DNA of 64,000 nt. It comes from an uncultured Methanomicrobiaceae archaeon. GTDB taxonomy: Archaea > Halobacteriota > Methanomicrobia > Methanomicrobiales > Methanoculleaceae. The stretch spans positions 384,001 through 448,000 of the forward strand of contig CAWGXH010000004.1 of assembly GCA_963826525.1 (NCBI GenBank), read 5' to 3'. How positions within the stretch are numbered: position 1 is the stretch's first letter; the number at the start of each line of letters is the position of its first letter. The notes under the pieces were generated by a model, which worked only from the letters and a program-made list of their open reading frames with translations, was not told the DNA's origin and searched no databases. A program made the position numbers and the translations under genes. Shown piece by piece: positions 31,532 through 42,750 of this stretch.

Positions 31532-32176
31532 TTCTCCTATATACTCATTTCCCTTCCGGGATGCACCACCCGCATCTTCCCCGGAACACTAATACATGGT
31601 TATGCACGCCCTGCTCCATCAGAAGAAATTCTCAGACGGAGGTATCACTTCTCGATCCTCTCCCCACATAGAGTAAAAATGCTTCAAAAACTCAGGGAAC
31701 AGTTGCTTCTCCGTAAAAACAACCCAAACGTCGCCACTCGCGTTGTGACATGTCCAGGACTGAAAAGAAACATCATCCATGGCCAACAGGCGGAGCGTAA
31801 CCATGTCCCTACCTCATCCATACCAGTATTTAAAAATATCCTACCATCCGGTGAGATACCGGGTGACGAATTTCATTCTGACGAGTTTTTCCCCATTCCG
31901 AATAAAAAAACGGCGAGAGGATAGGTGTGCCAGGAAACTTCCGTGCAGGAGCGAGGGATTTGCACGATAATCGGCAGCGTATCGGCCATATACCCGGGAG
32001 AACCGGTGTCAGGGGTCAGGATGCCCGCCTCTTCCTGCAAAGAAGCTGCTTTAAGAATCCCCACCGGAGAGAGCGCTGTTTCAGGAGGAGTCTGCCGAAA
32101 ACTATATATATAGACATCGTCTGAATAGACCCGACGGGCGACCTTGAGCGGAGGTACGCACAGTGCAGGTGGGCGC

Positions 32177-33192
32177 ATGACAGTGCAGTTACTCAATGAC
32201 AAAGATATCTGGGATACGTTCATCGACGAAAGCCCTTCCGGACTCCTCTTCCACAAATGGGACTATCTCACCATCACCGGGAAGCATACGGGATACACGT
32301 TTCTCCCGTACGCTGTGTATAAAGGAGAAGAACTCATCTGCCTGTATCCGCTATTCCAGAAGAGGATACACGGCGTGAACGCGGTCTTCTCGCCACCTCC
32401 CCTGACTGTCATCCCGCACCTCGGGTGCGTTATGAGCAGGGAGTTTGAGGCATTGAAGCAGAGCAAGAAGGAGACGTTCCTCAAACTTGTCTCCGACGAG
32501 ATGCGGCAGGAGATTCAGAGTCTCTCGCCGAACTACATCTCCATAACTCTTGTCCCGGACTTTCTCGATATCAGGCAGTTCATCTGGGACGGTTTTTCGA
32601 CGAGTATCCATTACTCCTATGTCGTCAATCTGGAAAAGTCCCTCGATGAACTCTGGGGAGATCTCCACTACAAGCTCCGGAACAAACTGAAGAAGCTGCA
32701 AAATCAGATATGCAGCTGGTAAAAAGCAATGATCTCTCGACGTTCTACACGCTGCTCTCCGAACGCTACAGCGACCCCGCACTCGACATACCCGTCATCG
32801 ATCGTGCCTATCTCACCGAGCTCATGCAGGCGTATCCCGACCGGATAGGGCTGTACTACCTGCAGGATGCGGCGGGGGACGTGGCCGGGTTCGTCACCAC
32901 GCAGGAGTACAAGAAGTTCCTCCTCTGGATAGGGACGCCGCGGCTCGAGACGCGGGAGGCCGGTAACGAGTACCTCCAGTGGCTCCTGATCGAGAAGGCA
33001 AAAGCCGAAGGGTATTCTCAGCTCGAGAATATGGGAGCGAACAATAAGGATCTCGTCTTCTTCAAATCAAAGTTCAATCCCGATCTTCTGATCTATTTTG
33101 AGATATCGAAGAAGGACCGACTCGGTGCGGTCACCGAGTGGGCGTACCTCAACCTCGTCAAGAAGATGATGATGCGGACGGGGAGAGTTTAG
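32177..33192 (+). CDS. FemAB-like GNAT acyl/aminoacyl-transferase, copy 1 (apparent one-base deletion in A-run ~32700)
   Basis: WDTFIDESPSGLLFHKWD, FSPPP, FKSKFN; adding one A gives KLQKSDMQL, collinear with copy 2. Confidence 0.85.
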
Positions 33193-33478
33193 AGGGCGTC
33201 CCTAGACCTCCCTACCCATCCCCGTGCGGGCCTTCAGACCCCTGCTGCGGGCGGCATGCACCCATTCTCCAAAGCATCCGGCGGCCCCGGGTAAGAAACG
33301 ATACAGGACTGCCCCCGGAGTCCATTCTGCCGTCAAGATGCACTCCGTTGCGGGGATGTCCGGGGAGCAGATGAGAGGCGGGCTCCACCGTCGCCTCAAC
33401 ACAAAATGTTATATATTGCGAGAGAGGGATTAGGTTCGTCGAGCATACCGGCAGTCGAAAGGGGGAAGCGGTGACGGA

Positions 33479-34510
33479 ATGACGGTCGAGACGCTAGGGG
33501 ATAGAGAAACCTGGGATACGTTCGTTGACGAGAGCGCCGGGGGGCTGCTCTTTCACAAGTGGGACTTTTTGAAGATCACCGAGGAGCATACCGGATACCG
33601 GTTCAACCCGTACGGCATCTATAAGGGCGAAGAGCTGATCAGCGTCTTTCCCCTCTTCTGCAAGAACGTACACGGTCTAAAGACGGCCTTCTCACCCCCG
33701 CCCATGCAGTCGATCATCCCGTACCTCGGGTTTGTCATGGGGCGGGAGTACGAGGCTCTCAAGCAGAGCAAGAAAGAATCCTTCTTAAAGATGGTCTCGG
33801 ACGACATCCACACCACACTCCGGGAGTTCTCGCCGAGTTACCTCTCGATGACGCTGGTGCCGGACCTCCTCGATATCAGGAACTTCATCTGGAACCAGTA
33901 CAGTGCAAAGGTTCATTACACCTACACCGTCGATCTGACGCAGTCATCGGAGGAGATCTGGAGAGGTTTCCACTACAAACTGCGGAATAAACTGAAGAAG
34001 TCCTCACAGTCGGGGATGGAGCTCATTCGGGAGCATGATATAGCGACGGTCTACCAGGCGGTCTCGGACAGGTTCAGCCAGCCGTCGATGAACATCCCCA
34101 TGATCAGCAGGCGGTATTTTGAGGATCTCTTCCGTGCATACCCGGATCACCTTGCTGCCTACAACCTCTACGACAGAGGCGGAGAACTCGTGGGCACCGT
34201 CACCACGCAGGAGTACAAACGGTTTCTCCTCTGGATGGGTACTCCACGGATGGATACTGGCGGCAGCGGCAACGAGTACCTCCAGTGGCTCCTCATGCTG
34301 AAAGCAAAAGAACGCGGATTTTTAAGGCTTGAGAATATCGGTGCGAACACGGAGAACCTGAACATCTTCAAATCCAAATTCGGTTTCGATATAACCGTGT
34401 ATCTTGAATTATACCGGAAAAATACACTCGGGGCGATGGCGGAGTGGGCATACACCAACATCATCAACTCGAGCCGGCTGAAGCGGAGAGTCGTATCCTA
34501 CATCGAGTGA
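33479..34510 (+). CDS. FemAB-like GNAT acyl/aminoacyl-transferase, copy 2
   Basis: WDTFVDESAGGLLFHKWDF, YTYTVDL, GNEYLQW, GAN...IFKSKFG. Confidence 0.88.
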   Translation: MTVETLGDRETWDTFVDESAGGLLFHKWDFLKITEEHTGYRFNPYGIYKGEELISVFPLFCKNVHGLKTAFSPPPMQSIIPYLGFVMGREYEALKQSKKESFLKMVSDDIHTTLREFSPSYLSMTLVPDLLDIRNFIWNQYSAKVHYTYTVDLTQSSEEIWRGFHYKLRNKLKKSSQSGMELIREHDIATVYQAVSDRFSQPSMNIPMISRRYFEDLFRAYPDHLAAYNLYDRGGELVGTVTTQEYKRFLLWMGTPRMDTGGSGNEYLQWLLMLKAKERGFLRLENIGANTENLNIFKSKFGFDITVYLELYRKNTLGAMAEWAYTNIINSSRLKRRVVSYIE

Positions 34511-34655
34511 CCGGCACCGCACCTGCCTGCAAGAACGCTTCACGTTTTATTCTCCCCCCACACGCAGGCTTCACGGAGGATGCCGATACATCCTCCCACC
34601 CGGGGTCATACGGGGCCTCCCACCGGGCTCCTCTCTCCGCGTCCTTATCCGGCCT

Positions 34656-36051
34656 CTACCCGCTATGCAGGTCCCCAACTTCAATCGGCAGTTTCTGGAT
34701 GAGATAGCGATACTTACCGCCTGCAGTCCGGGGGATGCTGTCGACAAAGCAGACTGCGACCCTGATCCCATCGCCAAGCTGCCACTGCAGCTCCCGCCTG
34801 AGCCGCTCGGTATCACGGTCGGTATACCCGGGTTTCTTCACGATCTTGAGAACAAGTTCTCCCATTGTCTCCTGGTACATCTGGAACTGCCTGATATTCT
34901 CGAAAGCATCGGACTCATAATTGATCGGCGTGACCGAGATCAGGTGACCGTTCCCGGTGACGATAAACTCCTGCAACCTTCCTTCCACCTTCTCAAGCAG
35001 GGGGTACGCCCGCCCGCAGGCACAGGATTTGTCGGCCAAGACGGCAACGTCCTTTGTCCGGTACCGGATGAGCGGGCAGATGTAATTGGTGAGGCTCGTT
35101 GCCACCACCTCACCCATCGCCCCTGGCTGGTGGAGGGGCTCGTCGTCTTTGCCGATCAGTTCGACGATCCCGTACTCGGAGAAGATGTGGTAGCAGGAAC
35201 TCTCCTCGCACTCCCCGGCAAGGACGGTCTGTTCGCTGTTGCCGTACCAACTGTAGACCCGGCACCCAAAGACATCCTCGATCGAGCTCGCGCTGCCAGG
35301 GGTAGAGGTTCTCCGACCCGCAGAGGATGGCCTTCAGCGTCGGAAACGGTGCAACGGCGTTCTGCCGCATATACTGCGCGAGCGTGACTATCATCGAGGG
35401 ATACGTATGAATATACTTCGGCCGGAACGATCGGATCCGGTCGATATACGCAGGCAGCGTCTCCTCGGTCATCTGGTGGGAGGACATGAGGAGCCAGCGG
35501 CCGAAGAGAGCCTTCTTCCAGAATATGCGGCTCTCGGCCGAATCGACGATATGCCCGCGGAGGACGACGCACCGGTCGCTGAACCGGTAGCCGACCCGGT
35601 CCCACTGCGCCTTCATGAACGCCCACTCCTTCGCTCGCGAGACCCCTTTCTCGTAGTAGAACCCCATCGGGATACCGGTCGAACCGGATGTCCTGACGTA
35701 CTCAAAGGCGCTCTCCGGATAGTTGGTCGCCCGGAGTTCCGGGAGGTTGTTCTGGATGATCTCCTTCGTGAGAAAGGGGAGCAGGTGGAGGTCGGCGAGG
35801 TCCCGGATATCCTCCGGTTTGAGACCACGCTCGTCGAAGATACGCCGGTAGTAGGGGACATGCTCGTACGCGTGGTCGAGCAGCCGTGACAGTTCGGCAC
35901 GCTGGTAGGCCTCGAGCTCCTCACGGCTCCACCACTGCGAACGCCGGAGAAAGGCATAGGTCTCCCTGAAGGCCAGGTACGACGGAAGAAGGCTGAGCGC
36001 TTTCAGCGTCAGAGGGTTCGCCGCTCCGAACCTTTCAAGCATACCAGTCAT
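34656..36051 (-). CDS. Phenylacetate-CoA-ligase/CapK-like adenylate-forming enzyme, copy 2 (apparent frameshift ~35284)
   Basis: TSGSTG.P and the other copy-1 motifs; one extra G relative to copy 1 (atcGagctcg vs atcagctcg) explains the split. Confidence 0.88.
35145..35957. repeat. Near-identical direct repeat, copy B
   Basis: Matches ~30584-31396. Confidence 0.9.
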
Positions 36052-36654
36052 GCGACAAACATCCTCAGTACTCACGGAGCGTATGCAGAATGCACGCGGA
36101 TCTTCTGAGCAGCGCACGGAAGCCCGCAGACCTGCAGCATCAGCGATGCCCACCACCGGGGGGCTTCCCGCAGCAGTGCTGGCATCCAATCTTCTCCATG
36201 CTCTCTCCTGATCATACATCTCAAACTTCCGGGACACATATCTCCGGACGGGCATTCCTCTCAGGGGTCATGGAACCGATCCATCCCCACACTTTCCAAA
36301 TTACGGGCTGAAATACTGTAATGCCACCAATTCTTCGATGAAAGAAGATACCCTCACCGAAGAGGAGCATACCGGCGCTCTCGCTCTCTATCTACAAAAT
36401 ACATAATATAAAAACATTGCCTCACCCGGGACATCCCCCCCGGGCTCTGATACCCGGAGGCGGGAACCGGAAACCGACCTTGAGGGGCAGTTAGGGACGA
36501 CATCCGTTCATTCACCCCGGACTTCCCGCCCGGAGCAGAACCGAACTCAGACTCATATTGAGGAGAACTCATCACTCACCGGGACCGGTACCGATTTCGG
36601 AGGTATGTAAAGAGCGATCGGCCAGGCAAATTTTTAAATAGTGTGAGGTTGTCC

Positions 36655-36723
36655 ATGGGTACGTCTTCGCATCAAGAAGAAGCGACACCTGGGACTGAAG
36701 ATACACCCGCTCCGGGTGTATAA
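36655..36723 (+). CDS. Putative short ORF upstream of the radical SAM gene (MGTSSHQEEATPGTEDTPAPGV as assembled)
   Basis: TTTTTAAATA box at 36631-36640 and GAGGT SD before ATG 36655; reading frame uncertain. Confidence 0.35.
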   Translation: MGTSSHQEEATPGTEDTPAPGV

Positions 36724-36819
36724 GCCGCAGGTAAAGGGGGGAATAAAATTCTACAGAGCAGCATTACTGATAGCCTTAGCGGTGCCCGGACCTCCGCGGA
36801 GATGCCACTTGAAGGAGCC

Positions 36820-37935
36820 ATGCAGAAAGAGATCCAGGCCCTCGCCGGAGGATTGCGGCGGAAGAACGATAGTGTTCCGGAGGATGTCGATTTTTCGGTT
36901 CCCATTGGGTGGGAAGAGCGGACAGGGCACCTCGACGACGAGCCGATAAAGCGCCTGATCATCTTTCTACGTTCGACCGGATGTGAATGGGTCGATAAGA
37001 CCGGCGGCTGCACGATGTGTGGTTTCTACTGTGCAACGTCGCACGGGCGCGAAGTTTCTGCAGGCGACTACGTACGCCAGTTCGAACACATAATGGAGAC
37101 GGTTGACCTCGGGGATTATCCGGTCATCTCAATCTATAACGACGGCAACATATTCAACGAGCACGAGATGCCGCTTGCAGCCATCAAAGGGATCTGCGGA
37201 CAGATCGATGGATACCCGGGGATCAAAAAGGTCGTCGTCGAATCGAGGATCGATTACTCCCCCGAGGATCGGGTGCTCGCGATGAAGAAGTACCTGAACG
37301 GGCGGCAGCTCGAACTGGCGTTCGGTTTTGAGTCGGCGAACCCGCAGGTGATGAATCTCTGCATCAACAAAGGGTTCACCTCGCATAACTTCGACACCTT
37401 CTTTGAGCGGATGCAGCGGCTCGGTGTCCTCACGAAACCCCTCTTGCTGGTAAAACCGCCATTTTTAACCGAGTCCGAGTCAGTAGCCGATATTCTGCAG
37501 ACGCTGGACTACCTCGCCTCACGGGGTATCGACTACGTCGATCTCGAGGTGACGACCGTCGAGAAGAACACAGTCGTACACGAACTCTGGAAGCACGGTC
37601 TCTACCGGCCGCCGTGGCTCTGGAGTCTCGTCGATCTGCTGCAGAGAGCCGAAAGCCGGTACGGCGATCGCATGCATATCTACGTAAGCCCCTGGACGTA
37701 CTCGGTCGAATCGCTCGACTGGGCACATAACTGCGGGACGTGCGATCAGGAACTGGTCAGAGCCGTGGAAGAGTACAATCACCGGTTCGATACCGGTGTA
37801 TTCGACGGAATCGACTGTTCATGTATCGATACCGGATGGGCGGAGGCCTTCGGCGAGCAGGATAGCCGGACGATTCCCGAACGCATCCGGGATCAGCTGG
37901 CGCTTATTCGATCCGCATCGGATAACTACTGGTAA
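36820..37935 (+). CDS. Radical SAM protein, TIGR01210/RaSEA-like family, divergent member
   Basis: LRSTGCEW...GGCTMCGF, LLVKPPFLTE, GLYRPPWLWS, AHNCGTCD, C-terminal CSC...W; SD AGGAG. Confidence 0.85.
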   Translation: MQKEIQALAGGLRRKNDSVPEDVDFSVPIGWEERTGHLDDEPIKRLIIFLRSTGCEWVDKTGGCTMCGFYCATSHGREVSAGDYVRQFEHIMETVDLGDYPVISIYNDGNIFNEHEMPLAAIKGICGQIDGYPGIKKVVVESRIDYSPEDRVLAMKKYLNGRQLELAFGFESANPQVMNLCINKGFTSHNFDTFFERMQRLGVLTKPLLLVKPPFLTESESVADILQTLDYLASRGIDYVDLEVTTVEKNTVVHELWKHGLYRPPWLWSLVDLLQRAESRYGDRMHIYVSPWTYSVESLDWAHNCGTCDQELVRAVEEYNHRFDTGVFDGIDCSCIDTGWAEAFGEQDSRTIPERIRDQLALIRSASDNYW

Positions 37936-38153
37936 TCTACCTCTTTTCTCGTAAGTACGAACCGTTCGTCCGAAAGACGGGTACTCGAAAAAGTTCCGGG
38001 ATATGCTGAAAATCATCCAAAAGGGTCTGCGACTCGATTAGCCACCGCCATATGAGCCCGGATATCCGGAATCCGGCAATCTCCGGATTATATCGCAGCG
38101 CGGGGGAGGGAATCTCCCCCTCCCGGCGCCGAGGTTTCGGGATGAACCCGTCC

Positions 38154-40307
38154 TCAGAGCCCGACGGAACTCGTATCGATCGCAAGCGGCCTCCCGGCAT
38201 CGATCGACTCCCATGCCCTGAGCGTTGCCAGCGTGGTTGCGACGCTGCCGGCGAAATCGGGCTCTTCACCCCTGGCAAAAGCCATAAGTTCTTCGAGAAA
38301 GCCCTTGTCCTGGGAGAGCCAGCGCCGCTCCTTCTCTGCCTTCCCGTCTTTCATCAATCGGAGTTCCCGGAAATCCGTTATCCGGCCGACGGCACCGCTC
38401 GAAAAGACCTCGACCGCCTCCTTGGAGTAGGCGCGGTCGCCGAGCGTCGTATACGTGACCGTCCCGAGCGAACCGTCATCGAAGGTCAGCACCGCCTGGA
38501 AGTTGTCGTACTTGCTGATAGTGCCGACCGGCTCGATTGCACGTGCATAGACCTGCGTCGGCAGTGCACCGGTCATATACTGCATGTAGTCGATGAAGTG
38601 GCAGCACTCGGAGATAAGCATCCCGGAACCCTGCTCCTCGTCGTGAACCCAGTGATCGGCCGGGATCTGCCCGGCATTCACCCGATAGTTGATAACCATC
38701 GGAGAACTTCGGTTCGCAAAGAACGCCTTCATCCTCCGGGAGAGCGGTGAGTAGCGGCGGTTAAACCCGACCATCACCGATCCGTCGGTACTGCTTCGCC
38801 GCATCGACCACCAGCCGGAGTTCCTCGAGTGTCGTTGCCAGGGGTTTTTCGACAAAAACACTCTTTCCGGCGGCAAGAGCCTCAGCCACCATCGCCGCGT
38901 GCATATCGTTTCGGGTAGCGATCATCACCGCCTGGATCCCGGGGTCGTCGAGGATCTTCCGGTAATCCGTGGTGCAGTAGTCGAACCCGTACTTCTTCGC
39001 GACCGAATGGGCGGAGAGACCCGTCGCCGTCGCCAGCCCCCGGAGCGAGACCGGCAGGAGCGGGAGGTGGGGATAGAGGGCGTTCAGCGCATGCACACCC
39101 GCACCGATACACCCGAGATTCCGCCCGGAAACGGCCCGTTTTTCATTCTTCGCCGGGCTCTTCTGCATCACCGTAACGCTCCCGGCCGGGCTTTTCCCGT
39201 TCCCGTTCGGGCTGTACTTCAGCAAAACGCCGAGGTACTTCTCCTTGCCGCCCGCGATCATCGCATACGCGTCCGGCGCCGCGGCGAGCTCGAACTCGTG
39301 CGTGATCAGCCGGTCAAGCGAGATCTTCTTCTCCCGGACGAGCTCGAGGAAGGCCTCCATGTTCCGCCGCTCCGTCCACCGGACGTAGATCGGGTAGTCT
39401 ATTCCCCGTTCTTCGTAGTTCCGGTCGTACCGCCCGAGGCCGTACGATCTCGAGACCACGACTTCGGCCTCCTTTTCGTAGAAGACGTCCCGCGGGATGT
39501 CGAGACCGACGTTGCCGACGACGACGACCCGTCCTCTGTCACGGACGAGGTGCCCCGCAGCCTCGATAGGCGCGTTCGATTTTGTCGCGGCCGTGATGAT
39601 GACGGCATCGGCTCCGAATGGAGAGAAACTCTGCAGTTTTTCGAGGAGCCCGTCGTAGTTCGAGGTGCGGTCGGCACCAAGCTCCCGTGCGAGCGCCAGT
39701 TTTTCAGGGTCGATATCGATGCCGAAGACCCGTGCTCCGGCCGCCTTCAGTATCTGGACAGTGAGGATGCCGATAAGCCCGAGGCCGATGACGGCGACGG
39801 TCTCCCCGAGGCTCGCCTCGGCATTCCGCACCCCCTGCATCGCTATCGCCCCCACCGTTGTAAACGATGCCTCCTGCAGGCTCACACCCTCCGGGACGGG
39901 GACACAGAGGTTCTTCGGAACGGAGACGTACTCGGCGTGGACGGCATACCCCGCACCCCCGCAGGCGACCCGGTCACCGATCGCAAAGTCGTCGGCACCG
40001 GTCTCCGCAACGATCCCGGCACAGCTGTACCGAGCGGCTCGGGTTTTGAAAGGCGGCTCATCGCCTGCTGATAGGCGGAGAGAGGGCCGTCCGTCGTCAC
40101 CTTCTGGAGTACTTTCTTCACGTCGTCCGGGCGATCCTTCGCCTTTCCGACGAGAGACTTCTTCGCAAGGTTGATGAGAGCGGTCTCGGTGCCGGCGCTG
40201 ATGAGGGAGTAGCGGTTCTCAACGACGAGACCTCTCCTCGCCAGGGGGACGGGAACGTCCTCTACCTGGATGCCTCCTGACTGTAGATCAAGCAATACCT
40301 GTTTCAT
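38154..40307 (-). CDS. Bi-domain oxidoreductase (MDR/ADH-like + Gfo/Idh/MocA) of polysaccharide loci; apparent frameshifts ~40030 and ~38790
   Basis: SLISAGTE, GAIAMQGVR, GLGLIG, SRSYG.GRYD..YE..G.DYP, FVEKPLA, VGFNRRYSP, ECCHFID. Confidence 0.88.
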
Positions 40308-41493
40308 AGTAATTCTCCCATACGAGTGACTGGGTGAGACAGTCCAGCACTTCCGATGTCATAAATAGATCCGGAAAATTTCTCGACGGCTCTACCGTAG
40401 ACGTTTGAATCCGAAGCATCCTGCAGAGGAGATCGAACGTCCGCGAGTCGACGGCGTCGGCATACCTTCTTCGCGCTATCTGGCGGTACATGCCGTACCC
40501 GAATCGGAATGCCCGGTGCTGCAGGGGAAACTCCCCGAGTGCGGCCGTTCGCATGGCAGTATGCACCGAGGGGACAAAATCGCCCCATGAACCCGGCTCC
40601 CAGCGGAGTACCAGCCCGCTCACGCTCCGCGTAAGACCCTGCAATGAGCGATCCGCATACTGCCGGTACGCTTCATCCTGCCGGGAGAGATAGTTAAGCG
40701 ACGCATACGCAAACCCGTAGGCTCCGCTCAGATAGTAGGCGAACATGAGCCCGCTTGCCGACCAGTCGAACCGGCCGTCACGCCGCTGCTGCCTGATAAG
40801 CCATTCCGCTGCCTTCCGAAGGCTTTCTTCTACTGTAGCATCCCGAAGGACAGTGTTGATCTTGGCAAGGTAGTGCATCGTGACGGCCTGGTAATGGACA
40901 CAGGGAACGTCGAAGGCGTAGGGGTATGTCCCTTTATCCACGGCATACGGGTATACACCGCTCTCCCGCTGGTTACGGACGATGTTTTCAGCGGCACGGG
41001 CGGCGGCAGCGAGACACGCACCGTCATCAAACAACCCGCCGTACCTCGCCAGAAATGCACCGCACGAAGCATCGACATTCAGGTGATCGGCCGTGTACTC
41101 CGACGATTTGAGGAAATAGCCGGGACGCAGCTCCTGCGAGAGGACGTAGTCCCGGGCATTCTGGAGCGGCGTATCATGAGGAGAAAGGCCATAGGCATCG
41201 ACGAGAGCCTCCCCAATGAAGGACGTGATCAGTGCCGACGGCTGATTGTAGTTGACGTGGATCTCGTTCCACGAACCGTCGTCGTTCTGTGCCTCCACCA
41301 CGAAGCGGAGAATGGATCCGACAAGTTCGATCTCGCCCGTCCGGAGAAGTGCTTTCACGACCTCCGCATGAACCCGGTTTCGGACGATGCCGAATACCGG
41401 GTCCCGGATGTACGCCGTATCGCCGCCAAAAACCACGTTCCGCTTGACTTCATCCAGAATACCACGGGTTATCTCTGCTACGCGCCCTTCCAT
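40288..41493 (-). CDS. Hypothetical alpha/alpha-toroid protein with QW-like (Q..DG.W) repeats
   Basis: AQNDDGSW, NQRESGVY, QQRRDGRF repeats between helical segments; embedded in the glycan operon. Confidence 0.75.
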   Translation of the reverse strand: MEGRVAEITRGILDEVKRNVVFGGDTAYIRDPVFGIVRNRVHAEVVKALLRTGEIELVGSILRFVVEAQNDDGSWNEIHVNYNQPSALITSFIGEALVDAYGLSPHDTPLQNARDYVLSQELRPGYFLKSSEYTADHLNVDASCGAFLARYGGLFDDGACLAAAARAAENIVRNQRESGVYPYAVDKGTYPYAFDVPCVHYQAVTMHYLAKINTVLRDATVEESLRKAAEWLIRQQRRDGRFDWSASGLMFAYYLSGAYGFAYASLNYLSRQDEAYRQYADRSLQGLTRSVSGLVLRWEPGSWGDFVPSVHTAMRTAALGEFPLQHRAFRFGYGMYRQIARRRYADAVDSRTFDLLCRMLRIQTSTVEPSRNFPDLFMTSEVLDCLTQSLVWENYYETGIA

Positions 41494-42687
41494 GCCATCC
41501 TCTCGATCTGCTGCTTGAGTTTCTGGGCTACCGTCTTGCGGTCGTAATTCTTTGTCACGTACTCTCTCCCCTGCCGCCCCATCTCCTCCATTCTCCCGGG
41601 GTTATCGATGAGCGATGCAAGCGCCCGGGCGATCGCTTCAGGAGTGTTGTCGGCGATAATGCCGGCACCGGATTCCCGGGCCAGATGTGCAATCTCGCCG
41701 TCTCCACAGCCCACAAAGGGAATGCCGCATGCCATGTACTCATACGCCTTGGTCGGAACTGCGTACTCGAGATTTGCCATCTTCTTCAGCGGGGCGACCC
41801 CGACGAGCGACTCCGAGAGGAGTCGCGGGAATCTCCTCGCGGGGAAGGACACCCGGAAAGAGAACCCAGTCGGTCAGGTCTTCCGCCCGGACGAGCTGCT
41901 CGAGCTGTCCCCGAATATCGCCGTCGCCGATGATAAGGAATTTGAGGTTATACCTGCCGTTCATAGCCTTCACAGCCAGGGCAACCTTATCAAGGTCCTG
42001 GGCGTGCCCGACGTTTCCGGCGTAGACTATCTGCCGTTTCTTCTCACCAATCACGGGCTGGAAGAGATCGGTATTGACACCGTTCGGCATGAGTTCCATG
42101 GGTGCGGCAACCCGGTACCGCGAGGCGATTCTCCTGCCGAGTTCGGTGGTCGTAACGCCGACGAGATCTGCATTGTCAAGGCAGAGTTGTTCGAACCGTC
42201 TGCTCATCCGCTCGTAGAGACTTCCTTCCCTGACGAAGCCAAGACTGACCGAGGCATCGATCCAGAGGTCCCGGATATCGAGGATCCACTGCTTCTTGAA
42301 GAGGCGCTTTGCCGCATATCCGGGTATTCCGGTGAAGAGCGGCGGGGTCGATGTGATGATGACATCGTATCGCCCCGAGGTGACGAGGAGGCGCAGGAGC
42401 ACGTGCAGGGGAAACACAAGATAGTAGAGCATTCTACTGATGAATCCCGGGTCACGTGTCTTCGGCTGCCAGCCAAAGAGGCGTATCACCTCGACGCCGC
42501 CCACTTCAGTGGTTTTTGAGGGGGTCCAGATTCTCGGAAACGTACCGGTCGGAAACGTCGGGTGAGGCGCGACGACCGTCACCAGAACACCCATGTTAGC
42601 AAGGTGCATGGCCGTATCGTAGATACGCGACGCGTTCCCGGAACGCTCGGGGGGAAAGTGCTGCGAGACAATGAGCACACGTTTCAT
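41478..42687 (-). CDS. Glycosyltransferase family 4, WbuB-like (apparent frameshift ~41820)
   Basis: SQHFPPE, TSTPP, DIRDLW, YAGNVGHAQ, PTKAYEYMACG. Confidence 0.88.
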
Positions 42688-42750
42688 CTTAACGCCTCAC
42701 CCCACTGACCGGGCACCCGATGCCCTGTCGATCCCGAAGGGCCCGTAGCA

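Noticed and set aside
30584-35957. The ~800-bp direct repeats as insertion-sequence ends of a composite transposon
   Set aside because: The repeats lie inside two paralogous ligase genes; no transposase, terminal inverted repeats or target duplications
36052-36255. N-terminal extension of PaaK copy 2, and similar extensions of ORFs from 2603, 9843, 24488, 26901 and 60789
   Set aside because: Downstream starts match family N-termini, SD positions or stop-start overlaps better
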